Assembly: GCA_004347685.1 (NCBI GenBank)
Contig: SLTJ01000013.1
Coordinates: forward strand, 1,655 to 65,654
Direction: 5' to 3'
Origin: Clostridia bacterium
GTDB taxonomy: Bacteria; Bacillota; DSM-521; Neomoorellales; SLTJ01
Length of the DNA stretch: 64,000 nucleotides
Below are positions 26,941 through 36,487 of this stretch, in pieces. The stretch's first letter is position 1. The number at the start of each line of letters is the position of its first letter. The notes under the pieces were generated by a model. The model saw only the letters and a program-made list of their open reading frames with translations. It made no database searches and was not told the DNA's origin. A program made the translations under genes and the position numbers.

Positions 26941-26967
26941 CTGGCTTTGTCGGGCCAGCCGGCAGGT
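26941..26967. repeat. 27-nt inverted-repeat arm A
   Basis: ctggctttgtcgggccagccggcaggt is the exact reverse complement of 23078-23104. Lies 13 nt after the pepP stop. Confidence 0.95.
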
Positions 26968-26979
26968 CGCGCGAGGCAC

Positions 26980-28182
26980 CTAAAACTCGATCAGCTCGCG
27001 CGACGCCTGGCGCAACGGCCGGCATCCGTCGTGGGTAATGACGAAATTGTCTTCAATCCCTATCACCCCGTCAGCAAAGGCAAAGGTAGGCTCGATAGCT
27101 ATCACCATCCCGGCCCGTAACTGATCTCCGGCTCCCTGGGCCAGAGGCGGAAACTCGTTGAGTTCCAAGCCTACGCCGTGCCCGATGAACCGCATCTGGT
27201 CCGGGGCTATGCCCATGAAGTTGTCCGCCAGATCGGTCCTGTCAACCATATTCTTTGCTGCTTGGTAAACTTCCAAACCTGTAACCCCCGGCTTCAGCAG
27301 CGGGACCAGGTTCTCCTCCATTTCCACCGCCAGGGCAAAGGCCCGGCGAAACCTGTCCGGCAACCGGCCCCGGCAGAGGGTACGGGTGATGTCCGCCAGG
27401 TAGCCGTTCACCCCGGCCGCGCAGTCTACGTAAATGGGCTCGTCCGCCACCAGGCGCCGCCGGCCGCCGCCGATACCCGTGGCCGGGGTCATGCTCTCGC
27501 CCCCGGTCACTACTTCCATAGCCGAAGGGACGCCACCGCTGGCCCCAAAAAGGGTGTGGCAGGGAACGATAAACTGATTGTAACCGCGCACCCGCACGAT
27601 GCCGTAATGCCCGTGGCGGCGGCACAGGGTCTCCAGCAGGCCGGAAACTTCTATTTCTGTCATCCCCTCCTGGATCACCCCGGGGGCTTCGGCAAACATG
27701 CGGTAGACGATGTCGGCGGAGCGCTCCATGAGACCTATTTCATAGTCCGATTTAACCGCCCGTATTTCCTTAATGAGGTGGCTGACATCGTCCATCCGGC
27801 TGGAGGGAAACAACCGCTGGTACAGGATAAAGGATTCGGCCGGCAGTACGTCCAGTTCCAGGCCGAGCACCTGGGGCCGGTGGCCGAAATCAGCCAGCAC
27901 GTCCGGTATCTGCTTGCGACTAGGCACGGGGACTATCTGGTCTAAGGTCGACTCCATGCGGGCCCGTTTCAGGCTTTTCTGGACCATCAGCACCGGCTCA
28001 CCGGCCGCCGGGATAAAAAGCTGGGCCCGCTGGCTGGTACCGCTGAAATAGTACAGATCCACATCCTGGGTGATCAGGGCGCCGTCCACCGAGAATTCCT
28101 GTAACTTCTCCTGAAAAAGCTGCACGCGCCGGTAAAGTTCTGTAACCGGCACCAATTCGAGGTTGGGTAGCTCCATATTCAT
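26980..28182 (-). CDS. pepP: M24-family Xaa-Pro aminopeptidase
   Basis: 400 aa: creatinase-like N-domain plus a pita-bread domain (DCAAGVNGYLADITRT ... HGVGLELNE ... IEP). Confidence 0.88.
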   Translation of the reverse strand: MNMELPNLELVPVTELYRRVQLFQEKLQEFSVDGALITQDVDLYYFSGTSQRAQLFIPAAGEPVLMVQKSLKRARMESTLDQIVPVPSRKQIPDVLADFGHRPQVLGLELDVLPAESFILYQRLFPSSRMDDVSHLIKEIRAVKSDYEIGLMERSADIVYRMFAEAPGVIQEGMTEIEVSGLLETLCRRHGHYGIVRVRGYNQFIVPCHTLFGASGGVPSAMEVVTGGESMTPATGIGGGRRRLVADEPIYVDCAAGVNGYLADITRTLCRGRLPDRFRRAFALAVEMEENLVPLLKPGVTGLEVYQAAKNMVDRTDLADNFMGIAPDQMRFIGHGVGLELNEFPPLAQGAGDQLRAGMVIAIEPTFAFADGVIGIEDNFVITHDGCRPLRQASRELIEF

Positions 28183-28293
28183 TATCGGCTAAGCCTGATG
28201 GCTGCCGGGTACCTCCCCCTTCTGACGGTGAATTTTAAAGCACCAGCCGCGGCGGTATCGTCACGACTTGGCCGGCCTCACTTTTCTCCGGCT

Positions 28294-29658
28294 CTACCAC
28301 TTCGCCTCACTGCCACCGGCCTCCCGGGTTATGGGCCGGACCACCACCCGGTTGCCTTCAACCTTTACCACCCTGATGGGTGTGCTCCGGGCGATAAAAG
28401 CCCCCTCGGCCACCACGTCCAGGCGCTCGCCGCTGGCCAGCAGCATGATGCCGGCCGGCCGCAACGGGGTCAGCGCCGTGCCCTTGCGGTCAAGATAGGC
28501 CTGGTAATCCTGCGGCGCTGCCGAGTAACCGGCTCTGGTTTCCTCGCGTGCCTCCAGAATCAAACCGCGCCAAGAACGCCGTCGCGGCAGCAGGCGCAAG
28601 AATAGGAGGACCAGAACCGCCGTACCCAGAACGGCTACAGCCAGGGAAATCAGGCCTTGCTCCAGGTTGGGCGCCGCCAGCAGGATCCCAGCCACGGCGG
28701 CGGCGATTCCGGCTATGCCGGCCACGCCAAAGCCGGGTATCACCAGCACCTCCAGCAACATCAGGACCACGCCCAGAAGCAGCAGGACGATAGCCAACCA
28801 GTTGCCGAAGCCGGCGGCCAGGGACCCTCCCAAGTACAAGGCCAGGGCGGCCACGCCGATGGTCCCGGCCAGCCCAAAGCCAACCGTGAGGAGTTCGATA
28901 ACTATCCCGGCCAGGCCCACCAGGAGCAAGAGGGTGGCCAGATAGGGGTTGCCCAGCCAGCGGCCCAGCACCTCCGCCCCCGTAGGTTCGACCGCCACTG
29001 CCGGGCTGGCCTCCAGGCCGTATTGCCGGAGAAGCTCCTCCCGGCTGGCGGCCTGGCCGTCAATCCAGCCCAGATCCACTGCCTGCCGGTCAGTCAGGGT
29101 GAGGAGCTTGCCCTTTTCCACCAGCCCGGGAATGATCACATCCGGGTCGGCCATGGCCCGGGCGATGTCGTCCCGGCGCCCATGCTCCTGGGCCGCCGTG
29201 GCCAGCACGCCGGCCCACCAGGAGATGGTCTTTTCGCCGGCCGGCTGGCTACCCAGCCGCGGCTCGGCCGCGCCAATGGTAGTGCCGGGAGCCATCACCA
29301 GGTAGTCAGCGGCCAGGGCTACCAGGACCCCGGCAGAAATAGCCTGCTCCCGGACATAGGCGATGGTCAACAGCGGTGACCGGTGCACGGCGTTCTTGAT
29401 CCTTATCGCCTGGTCCACCAGCCCGCCCGGGGTGTCCAGCTCCATGATCACCGCTGCAGCCCCAGCTTCTCCGGCTTCCGCCAGGCCCCGCTCCACCAGG
29501 CCGGCGAGGTTGGCGTCAACCGTGCCGGTTACGGAGACAATGTACACTGGGGCCCCGGGTACCGCCCCGGCCGCGGTGGGGAAAGCGCCCCATAACAGCA
29601 AGGCCAGACCGATAAATAAGAACAGGAGAGCACTTTTTCGGCGACCGCGCACGGGCAT
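28294..29658 (-). CDS. nfeD: NfeD-family membrane-bound ClpP-class serine protease (YqeZ-like)
   Basis: Signal/TM segment, then VYIVSVTGTVD ... ELDTPGG ... several TM segments and a C-terminal OB domain (GERLDVVAEGAFIARSTPIRVV). Start ATG 29658 inferred. Confidence 0.88.
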   Translation of the reverse strand: MPVRGRRKSALLFLFIGLALLLWGAFPTAAGAVPGAPVYIVSVTGTVDANLAGLVERGLAEAGEAGAAAVIMELDTPGGLVDQAIRIKNAVHRSPLLTIAYVREQAISAGVLVALAADYLVMAPGTTIGAAEPRLGSQPAGEKTISWWAGVLATAAQEHGRRDDIARAMADPDVIIPGLVEKGKLLTLTDRQAVDLGWIDGQAASREELLRQYGLEASPAVAVEPTGAEVLGRWLGNPYLATLLLLVGLAGIVIELLTVGFGLAGTIGVAALALYLGGSLAAGFGNWLAIVLLLLGVVLMLLEVLVIPGFGVAGIAGIAAAVAGILLAAPNLEQGLISLAVAVLGTAVLVLLFLRLLPRRRSWRGLILEAREETRAGYSAAPQDYQAYLDRKGTALTPLRPAGIMLLASGERLDVVAEGAFIARSTPIRVVKVEGNRVVVRPITREAGGSEAKW

Positions 29659-29732
29659 CCCCCCGCTAAGATTGGGTAACAAGAAAATATCCTCCCACCT
29701 ATTTCCATTAGTGGTTGTGCCGGCAGGCATAG

Positions 29733-29762
29733 GTGGGGGCGGCCACGGGGGGCCGCCCCCAC
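29733..29762. repeat. GC-rich perfect palindrome (12-bp stem)
   Basis: GTGGGGGCGGCC-ACGGGG-GGCCGCCCCCAC. A related copy GGGCGGCC-ACTGGG-GGCCGCCC lies at 16868-16889. Confidence 0.8.
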
Positions 29763-29893
29763 TCTCCAGAACCATTTCGTGGTTGGGTGCGCGGTATCAA
29801 TATGTCTTTGCCCTTAACAGGGCCAGGCCAGGATAAAGCAGTTTCGAAAGACTACAGCGCATCAGGCCGAGAGGAACGAGGGGTTCTGAAGCT

Positions 29894-30073
29894 CTAATAC
29901 CACCGGCGCCTCTTGCGAGCCGCCTGGGACTTCTTCTTCCGGCGAACGCTAGGCTTATCGTAACGCTCATGCTTACGCATATCTGCCATAACCCCGTTCT
30001 TCTGGCAGGACTTCTTGAAACGGCGCAGAGCACTGTCCAAGGATTCGTTCTTGCCGACCTTAACCTCGCTCAA
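29894..30073 (-). CDS. rpsU: 30S ribosomal protein S21
   Basis: [50 protein letters not shown] start after GGGAGGGGTGA. Confidence 0.93.
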   Translation of the reverse strand: MSEVKVGKNESLDSALRRFKKSCQKNGVMADMRKHERYDKPSVRRKKKSQAARKRRRWY

Positions 30074-30115
30074 ATTCTCACCCCTCCCTCTGGCCCATCC
30101 TGGCCCTCTAGCAGC

Positions 30116-30145
30116 ATTATACTGTACTTGTGCGAGTGGCGTCAA
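30116..30145 (-). promoter_or_regulatory. sigma-A promoter for rpsU
   Basis: On the minus strand: TTGACG, 18 nt spacer, TATAAT. Confidence 0.6.
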
Positions 30146-30350
30146 CCGCAGCTTTTGACCGGTTTAGCCGGTGGGTCCCGTACCCTGACTCAAGCCGAAG
30201 CTTCTCCCGCACCCTGGTAAAGCCCGGGGTCGAGACAGGCTGTGGCCCAGGGACAACACCCTGTGGGTACCGGCGGGATGATGGGGGCAGGTTCTGCCAC
30301 CCCGGCTCCCTGTTAAGGAACCGGCCGCTTTGGTAATAATAAAATGCCTG

Positions 30351-30378
30351 TTGACTCCGGATCATATTTGGATATAAT
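30351..30378 (+). promoter_or_regulatory. sigma-A promoter for zur-znu operon
   Basis: TTGACT, 16 nt spacer, TATAAT, followed by a short AATAC...GTATT inverted repeat. Confidence 0.6.
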
Positions 30379-30408
30379 ACTACATAGGTATTTTCCTAGT
30401 GAGGAGAA

Positions 30409-30894
30409 ATGGCCATGAAGGTAGAGGAGGCGGTAATGAGCCTCAAGGGGCAGGGAGTAAAGGTAACTCCCCAGCGCCGGGGCATCATCCAGGTCATGGC
30501 TCGGGCTGAGCGACCCCTTACCGTACAGGAAGTTTACCAGCAGGTAAAGGAAGCCTTTCCCGAGATGAGCCAAGATACGGTGTACCGCACCCTGGACCTG
30601 CTGATCCGCCTGCAGGTGGCAGTGCCGCTCCACCTAGCCGACGGCCAAGCCAGCAAATACGAACTGCAGGACCCGGAAAGTCCGCATCACCACCTGGTTT
30701 GTCTTGGCTGCGGTGAGAGCTTTTGCCTGCAGAGCTGCCCTTTAACGCACCTCGCTATACCCGAGGCCCAGGACCTAAAATTTACCGTGAAACAGCACGC
30801 CCTGGAGTTTTACGGGTACTGTGAGAAGTGTTCCCCGGACCTCGAAACTGGGGGAGACATCGTCCTGCCTCCCAGCAGCGGGGGAGAGGCATGA
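30409..30894 (+). CDS. zur: Fur-family metalloregulator, probably Zur
   Basis: 161 aa: TPQRRGIIQVM ... HHHLVCLGCG ... CEKC. First gene of the zinc ABC operon. Confidence 0.85.
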   Translation: MAMKVEEAVMSLKGQGVKVTPQRRGIIQVMARAERPLTVQEVYQQVKEAFPEMSQDTVYRTLDLLIRLQVAVPLHLADGQASKYELQDPESPHHHLVCLGCGESFCLQSCPLTHLAIPEAQDLKFTVKQHALEFYGYCEKCSPDLETGGDIVLPPSSGGEA

Positions 30895-31868
30895 AATCAG
30901 GGGAGATCCGGGCCATGCGCATTTTCAGGTTTGCCGGCTGGCCCTGGCTGCTGGTGCTGGCACTGATTATTGTCCTAACTGCCTGTGACCACAAGGCCAC
31001 CAGCGACACCCCCAGTCGGGCTGCAGGCCTGCGGGTGGTTACTTCTATTTTCCCCCTGGCCGATCTGGCCGGGCAAATCGGCGGCGATCACGTACAGGCC
31101 GAGGCCCTGCTGCCAACCGGAGCCAGCCCGCACAGCTACGAGCCCGGTACTGCCGACGCCAAAAAACTGGCCGCCGCGGACCTGATCATCCTGGTCGGCC
31201 AGGGACTAGACCGCTTTGCCGAGAATCTGGCGGCCAGTTACCCGGAAAAGCCGGTATTGGTCATAACCAAAGGCATGAAACTGCAGCCGAATCCGGAAAC
31301 CCTGCTGACTGAAGGCGCAGGCCGAGAAGCAAGAGCCGGAAAAGCGGACCACGGTGCCTATGACCCCCACGTCTGGCTGGACCCGGTGCTGGTGCGGGAC
31401 GTAATCGCGCCGGCGATAGCGACCCGCCTCCAGGAACTGGACCCACCGGGGGCCGGTACCTACCGGGAGAACCTGACGCATCTCCAGGCGGAAATCACTA
31501 CCTTGGACCGGGAGACCCGGCAGCAGACAGGAACCTTCTCCCAAAGAAGATTCATCGTCTTTCATTCCGGCTGGCATTACTTTGCTCAGCGTTACAACCT
31601 GGAAGACATCAACGTGGAAGAATTCCCTAACCAGGAGCCCTCGGCCCGGGACCTGATGGAGATTGTAACCCTGGCCCGGGATACGGGGGTCAGGGCCGTC
31701 TTTACCGAACCCCAGTTCAGCCCAAAGGCGGCCCAGGTAATAGCCGATGAGTTTGGCGGCCGGGTGCTCACCCTGGACCCCCTGGGCGGGACCGGCCGGG
31801 AAGGTCGCGACAGCTATCTGGATCTGATGCGGTGGAATCTATCCCGTCTGGCGGAGGGCTTGAAGTAA
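30891..31868 (+). CDS. znuA: metal (Zn/Mn) ABC transporter substrate-binding lipoprotein
   Basis: Lipobox LTAC. SIFPLADLAGQIGGDHV ... YDPHVWLDP ... FHSGWHYF. The ATG overlaps the zur stop (ATGA). Confidence 0.88.
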   Translation: MKSGEIRAMRIFRFAGWPWLLVLALIIVLTACDHKATSDTPSRAAGLRVVTSIFPLADLAGQIGGDHVQAEALLPTGASPHSYEPGTADAKKLAAADLIILVGQGLDRFAENLAASYPEKPVLVITKGMKLQPNPETLLTEGAGREARAGKADHGAYDPHVWLDPVLVRDVIAPAIATRLQELDPPGAGTYRENLTHLQAEITTLDRETRQQTGTFSQRRFIVFHSGWHYFAQRYNLEDINVEEFPNQEPSARDLMEIVTLARDTGVRAVFTEPQFSPKAAQVIADEFGGRVLTLDPLGGTGREGRDSYLDLMRWNLSRLAEGLK

Positions 31869-31869
31869 G

Positions 31870-32610
31870 ATGGAGCATAGCGCTGCACCCTTGATAAGGC
31901 TGGAAAACGTTTCTTTTGCCCGCGGGCCGCACCGGGTGCTTCAGGGCGTGTCGCTGCAGGTACACGCGGGTGAGTTCTTGGGCCTGGTCGGCCCCAACGG
32001 GGCGGGCAAGACCACCCTTATCCAGCTAATTCTGGGGTTATTGCCGCCTGCCTCCGGCCGGGTCCTGGTCCTGGGGGAAGAACCGCAACGGCTGGGGAAA
32101 AAACGCAGCCTCATCGGCTATCTGCCCCAGCGTCCCTTGGTGGACCCCCATTTTCCGGCCTCTGTCTTTGACGTGGTGAGAATGGGGCGGACGGTTTGCC
32201 GGGGGTTATGGCGCTTCTGGCACCGGGAAGACGACCTGGCTGTCTATGATACCTTACAACGCCTGCACCTGGAGGGCCTGGCCAAACGACCCATCGGGGA
32301 GCTTTCCGGAGGTCAGCAGCAACTCGTCTTTCTCGCCCGGGCCCTGGTCAGCCGGCCTTGCCTGCTGTTGGTGGACGAACCCACCACTGGACTCGACCGG
32401 GAGGCGCAGGACAGGTTCTATAGCTTAATAAACACCTCGGGGAAAGAAAGCGACCTGACAGTGGTGGCTGTTTCCCACGATCTTTCCGCCCTGGTTCAGC
32501 ATACCAGCCGAATGATTTACCTGAACGGGACCTTGGAAGAGGCAGGGCCGGTGGAACAGGAGCGACAGGTATCTCCGCGCCCTGATCTTCTACCTCTGAC
32601 TTCCATTTAG
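31870..32610 (+). CDS. znuC: metal ABC transporter ATP-binding protein
   Basis: Walker A GPNGAGKTT, signature LSGGQQQ, Walker B LLLVDEP. Confidence 0.93.
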   Translation: MEHSAAPLIRLENVSFARGPHRVLQGVSLQVHAGEFLGLVGPNGAGKTTLIQLILGLLPPASGRVLVLGEEPQRLGKKRSLIGYLPQRPLVDPHFPASVFDVVRMGRTVCRGLWRFWHREDDLAVYDTLQRLHLEGLAKRPIGELSGGQQQLVFLARALVSRPCLLLVDEPTTGLDREAQDRFYSLINTSGKESDLTVVAVSHDLSALVQHTSRMIYLNGTLEEAGPVEQERQVSPRPDLLPLTSI

Positions 32611-32616
32611 GGCCGG

Positions 32617-32753
32617 GTAACTACTAAGGCTGGTGTTTATGTTGTTGACGCCTATATGCTGCTCCGGCTGTACTGCACGGGACAAGGCGTAGTGAACTCC
32701 CGGGCGGGGCCTTTCGTTTCCGCTAACCGGTGATAGCGTGGCTGAGCAGCTAC
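32617..32753 (+). repeat. TIR-bounded intergenic element, diverged copy C
   Basis: Ends gtaactactaaggctg ... cggtgatagcgtggctgagcagctac resemble the ends of copies A and B. Same 137-nt length as copy A. Fills the unusual 164-nt znuC-znuB gap. Confidence 0.5.
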
Positions 32754-32774
32754 AGGTAGGGAAGGTGAGCGTCA

Positions 32775-33632
32775 ATGGATATCTGGTCATTTGCCTTCAT
32801 GCAACGCGCGCTGGTGGCCGGCCTGCTCACCGGGCTTCTATGTGCTCTGGTAGGCTTTTTTGTGGTGCTGAGATATATGTCCTTCGTAGGGGCAGGGATA
32901 TCCCACTCGGTTTTCGGGGGTATGGCCCTGGCCCTCTGGCTGGGCCTGCCCCTGGACTGGCCGGCCATGATCTTTGCTGTGCTCCTGGCCTGGGCTATCG
33001 GGTATACCAGCCGCCACGGCGACCTGCACGAGGATGTGACCATCGGCATTTTCTTTGCCGCCACCATGGCCCTGGGGGTACTGGTGGTCAGCACTTTCAC
33101 CGGTACCTACGTGGACCTGTTCAGTTTCCTTTTCGGCAATATCCTGGGCGTAACCAACGCCGACCTGCGGCTGCTGGTCTGGGTGACTGCGGCAGTATCC
33201 CTGTTCATTATCTTCGCCTTTAAGGAACTGCTCTTCAGCGCCTTTGATCAAGACGTGGCCACCGCCATGGGGGTGCCTGTTACCTGGCTGTATTACGCCT
33301 TGCTGACCGCCCTGGCAATAAGCATCGTGGCGAGCGTAAAGGTGGTAGGCATAGTCCTGGCTTCGGCCATGCTGGTCCTGCCGGCCGCTACCGGCTTTCA
33401 GCTCAGCAAAAACTATCGAGGCATGATTGCCTGGTCCCTCGTGGTCGGCCCCCTGGCCACTACGGGCGGGATGGTGGTATCATACGTCTACGGCTGGCCG
33501 GCCGGGGCGACCATTGTCCTGGTGGCCGCGGGCATCTTTAGCCTGGCCTTTACCTTTTCCCCCCGCCGAGGCTTCTGGTCCCGCTTCCTGCCGGACAACA
33601 GCCACCCGGATACCTCACACCCCAACGCCTAG
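32775..33632 (+). CDS. znuB: metal ABC transporter permease
   Basis: 285 aa, multi-TM: FMQRALVAGLLTGLLCALVG ... typical ZnuB/TroD. Confidence 0.92.
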   Translation: MDIWSFAFMQRALVAGLLTGLLCALVGFFVVLRYMSFVGAGISHSVFGGMALALWLGLPLDWPAMIFAVLLAWAIGYTSRHGDLHEDVTIGIFFAATMALGVLVVSTFTGTYVDLFSFLFGNILGVTNADLRLLVWVTAAVSLFIIFAFKELLFSAFDQDVATAMGVPVTWLYYALLTALAISIVASVKVVGIVLASAMLVLPAATGFQLSKNYRGMIAWSLVVGPLATTGGMVVSYVYGWPAGATIVLVAAGIFSLAFTFSPRRGFWSRFLPDNSHPDTSHPNA

Positions 33633-33973
33633 ACAAATCTCCCCAAGGACCGGCCGCCCAGCAGGTGGAAGTGCAAGTGGTAAACCTCCTGGCCGCCATT
33701 GGGACCGGAGTTGGCCACCAGGCGAAAGCCGTCGGCCGCCAATCCCTGCTGGCGGGCCAGCTCGCTGGCTACCGCCAGGAGGTGACCCATCAGGTGGGCA
33801 TCCTCTTTATCCACCTCGGCCGGGGATGAGATATGCCGCCGGGGCACAATCAGCAGGTGTACCGGCGCCAGCGGGTGGATGTCGGCAAAGGCCACCACTT
33901 CTTCGTCCTGGTAGACCATGTCGCTAGAGATTTCGCCTGTAACAATGTTACAGAAAATACAGTTCTCAGCCAC
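33629..33973 (-). CDS. HIT-family nucleotide hydrolase
   Basis: 114 aa: CIFCNIV ... histidine triad HLHFHLLGG. Confidence 0.93.
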   Translation of the reverse strand: MAENCIFCNIVTGEISSDMVYQDEEVVAFADIHPLAPVHLLIVPRRHISSPAEVDKEDAHLMGHLLAVASELARQQGLAADGFRLVANSGPNGGQEVYHLHFHLLGGRSLGRFV

Positions 33974-33994
33974 GAAGAAACCTCCTACACCGGA

Positions 33995-35302
33995 TTATAG
34001 CTTCGCCTCGCCTACCAACCTGTCCCGGCCCACCTGGCGTATTCTTACCGGCACCAGGTCGCCACCCAGGTCCGGCCCCGGCGCGACGAACTCTACCAGC
34101 AAGTAATTAGGGGTATGTCCTTCCCACCAGCCGGGCCGTCCCGGTACCCCCCGCTCCACCAATACCTCCAGAGTCCGGCCCAGGTACTTCTCGGCGTACC
34201 GGCGGGCCAGAGCGGCCGAAAGCTCCCGCATCCGCTGGCTGCGGGCTGCCTTCACTTCGTCTGGCACCTGGCCGGGAAGGTCTGCCGCCAGCGTCCCGGG
34301 GCGGGGGGAGAAGGGAAAGACGTGGAGGCGGCTGAACTCCATGGCGGCCACAAAAGAAAGGGAAGCAGCGAAAAGATCTTCTGTCTCCCCAGGAAAGCCG
34401 ACGATAATATCCGTGGTAATGGCCGCCCCTGGCCGGAGGCGGCGCAACTCCCGTACTAGACCAGCAAACTCCGTGGTAGCATAACGGCGGCCCATGCGGG
34501 CGAGTACCGGGTCGGCCCCGCTCTGGAGGGGAATATGCCAGTGGGGGCAGATGACCTCGTTGGCAGCCAGAACCTGGAGCAAATCAGCGGTAAAATCGGT
34601 GGGCTCTAGGGAACTGAGGCGGAGGCGGCACAGGCCGGGAACAGCAACCAGGGATGTTAACAGGGCGGCCAGGGGCATGCCTCCCGCGTCGCGACCGTAA
34701 GCGCCCAGGTGTACCCCAGTAAGGATTATTTCCTTATAACCACTGTTTACCAGCCGCGCTACCTCCGCCACTACCCCCTCCGGCCGGCGGCTGCGCACCG
34801 GCCCCCGCGCGCGCGGCACAATGCAGTAGGTGCATCCTTCCTCGCACCCTTCCTCCACCTTGACCAAGGCCCGCGCCCGGCTCCAGCGGTAAACCGGCAG
34901 TTCCTCAAAAGCTTCTTCCTCGCCCCATTCCCGCACCAGGTTTACCGGCGTCTGCCGGCCAGCGGCTTCCTCCACCAGCTCCACCAGGCGGTGGCGGTCG
35001 GTGCTGCCTACAATCACGCCTACCCCCGGAATAGCCTCTATCTCTTCCGGGGCCACCTGGGCATAGCAACCGGTAACGGCCACCACGGCCTGCGGGTTGG
35101 TGCGTACGGCCCGGCGGATGGCCTGCCGGCATTTGCGGTTGCTGAGGTGGGTGACGGTACAGGTATGAACGACATAAACGTCAGCCGGGTCAGCAAAGTC
35201 TACGACTTCATATCCCGCCTGGCGGAAAAGCTCCTGCAATCCCCGGGCCTCGTGCTGATTAACCTTGCAGCCAAGAACGTGACAGGCCACCGTCCGGGCC
35301 AA
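33995..35302 (-). CDS. mtaB: tRNA t6A37 methylthiotransferase MtaB (radical SAM)
   Basis: 435 aa: UPF0004 N-domain, radical SAM CTYCIVP, and a C-terminal TRAM domain. Confidence 0.9.
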   Translation of the reverse strand: MARTVACHVLGCKVNQHEARGLQELFRQAGYEVVDFADPADVYVVHTCTVTHLSNRKCRQAIRRAVRTNPQAVVAVTGCYAQVAPEEIEAIPGVGVIVGSTDRHRLVELVEEAAGRQTPVNLVREWGEEEAFEELPVYRWSRARALVKVEEGCEEGCTYCIVPRARGPVRSRRPEGVVAEVARLVNSGYKEIILTGVHLGAYGRDAGGMPLAALLTSLVAVPGLCRLRLSSLEPTDFTADLLQVLAANEVICPHWHIPLQSGADPVLARMGRRYATTEFAGLVRELRRLRPGAAITTDIIVGFPGETEDLFAASLSFVAAMEFSRLHVFPFSPRPGTLAADLPGQVPDEVKAARSQRMRELSAALARRYAEKYLGRTLEVLVERGVPGRPGWWEGHTPNYLLVEFVAPGPDLGGDLVPVRIRQVGRDRLVGEAKL

Positions 35303-35338
35303 ACCGATCCCTCCAGGCGAAGTTTTTCAGGCGGCCTC

Positions 35339-36478
35339 CTAGCCCATAAAGGCATCCTTTACCTTGTCAAAAAACCCCTTGTCCTTACCGCCTTCCCCCA
35401 ATCCCTCGAACTCGCGCAGCAACTCCTTCTGCCGCTCGGTGAGCCTGGTCGGCGTCACCACCTTGACGACAACGTGCTGGTCCCCACGCCCGTAACCGCG
35501 CAGCCGGGGGATACCCTTCCCCTTCAGGCGAAAAGAGGTGCCGCTCTGGGTCCCCTCAGGGATGTGCAGGGACACCTGGCCGTCCAGGGTGGGCACTTCG
35601 ATTTCGGCCCCGAGGGCCGCCGCCACAAAGGACAGCGGCTGCTCGCAAATCACGTCGTAGCCGTCGCGGCGGAAAAACTTGTGCGGCCGCACCCTGATGT
35701 TCACGAAAAGATCCCCTGGCGAGCCGCCGCGCTGCCCGCTTCCTCCTTCACCCGTGACCCGCACGCTGGTGCCTGTATCTACCCCAGGCGGGATGTTCAC
35801 TGTTACCGTCCGGTGGCGCGTGACCTGCCCCCGGCCATGACATTCGTGGCAGGGTACGGTGATTATCCGTCCGGAGCCGCCGCACCGGCTGCAGGTCCGC
35901 ACCGTTTCCAGCCGCCCCAGGGGGGTAGCCTGGGCCTGGCGCACCTGCCCTGTCCCCTGGCAGTTGGGGCACGTGCCGGGCTGGGTCCCGGGAGCCGCCC
36001 CGCTGCCGGAGCAGGTGCGGCACACCTCTTCGCGGGCCACCTCCACCTTCTTCTCCACCCCAAAGGCCGCCTCTTCAAAGGTCAGCTCCAGCGTTACCTC
36101 CAGGTCGGGACCGCGCTGCGGGCCGGCCTGGCGCTGGCGCTGGCGGCCGGAAAAGCCGCTGCCAAAGAACATGTCAAAAATATCGCCAAAGCCGCCCATG
36201 TCCCCGAACCCGCCAAAATTGCCCGCGCCGCCAAACCCCTGGAAGCCCCCGGGGCCTGCGGCCTGCCCGAACCGGTCGTAGTTGGCCCTTTTGTCCGCAT
36301 CACTCAATACCTCGTAGGCCTGCTGGATTTCTTTAAACTTCTCCTCGGCCTCCTTGTTGCCGGGATTCATGTCAGGGTGATATTGCCGGGCCAGGCGGCG
36401 GTAAGCCTTCTTGATTTCTTCCTGGGAAGCCTCACGGCCGACTCCCAGGATTTCATAAAAGTCACGTCCGGGCATCAT
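35339..36478 (-). CDS. dnaJ: chaperone DnaJ
   Basis: J domain with HPD, G/F region, and four CxxCxGxG zinc motifs. Confidence 0.97.
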   Translation of the reverse strand: MMPGRDFYEILGVGREASQEEIKKAYRRLARQYHPDMNPGNKEAEEKFKEIQQAYEVLSDADKRANYDRFGQAAGPGGFQGFGGAGNFGGFGDMGGFGDIFDMFFGSGFSGRQRQRQAGPQRGPDLEVTLELTFEEAAFGVEKKVEVAREEVCRTCSGSGAAPGTQPGTCPNCQGTGQVRQAQATPLGRLETVRTCSRCGGSGRIITVPCHECHGRGQVTRHRTVTVNIPPGVDTGTSVRVTGEGGSGQRGGSPGDLFVNIRVRPHKFFRRDGYDVICEQPLSFVAAALGAEIEVPTLDGQVSLHIPEGTQSGTSFRLKGKGIPRLRGYGRGDQHVVVKVVTPTRLTERQKELLREFEGLGEGGKDKGFFDKVKDAFMG

Positions 36479-36487
36479 ACCACCCCA

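Noticed and set aside
29659-29775. N-terminal extension of the nfeD ORF (MVLESGGGPPWPPPPMPAG...)
   Set aside because: It is encoded by the GC-rich palindrome at 29733-29762 and lacks an RBS. The signal peptide begins at Met 29658.
30313-30633. 106-aa minus-strand ORF
   Set aside because: Antisense to zur and spans its promoter. No RBS.
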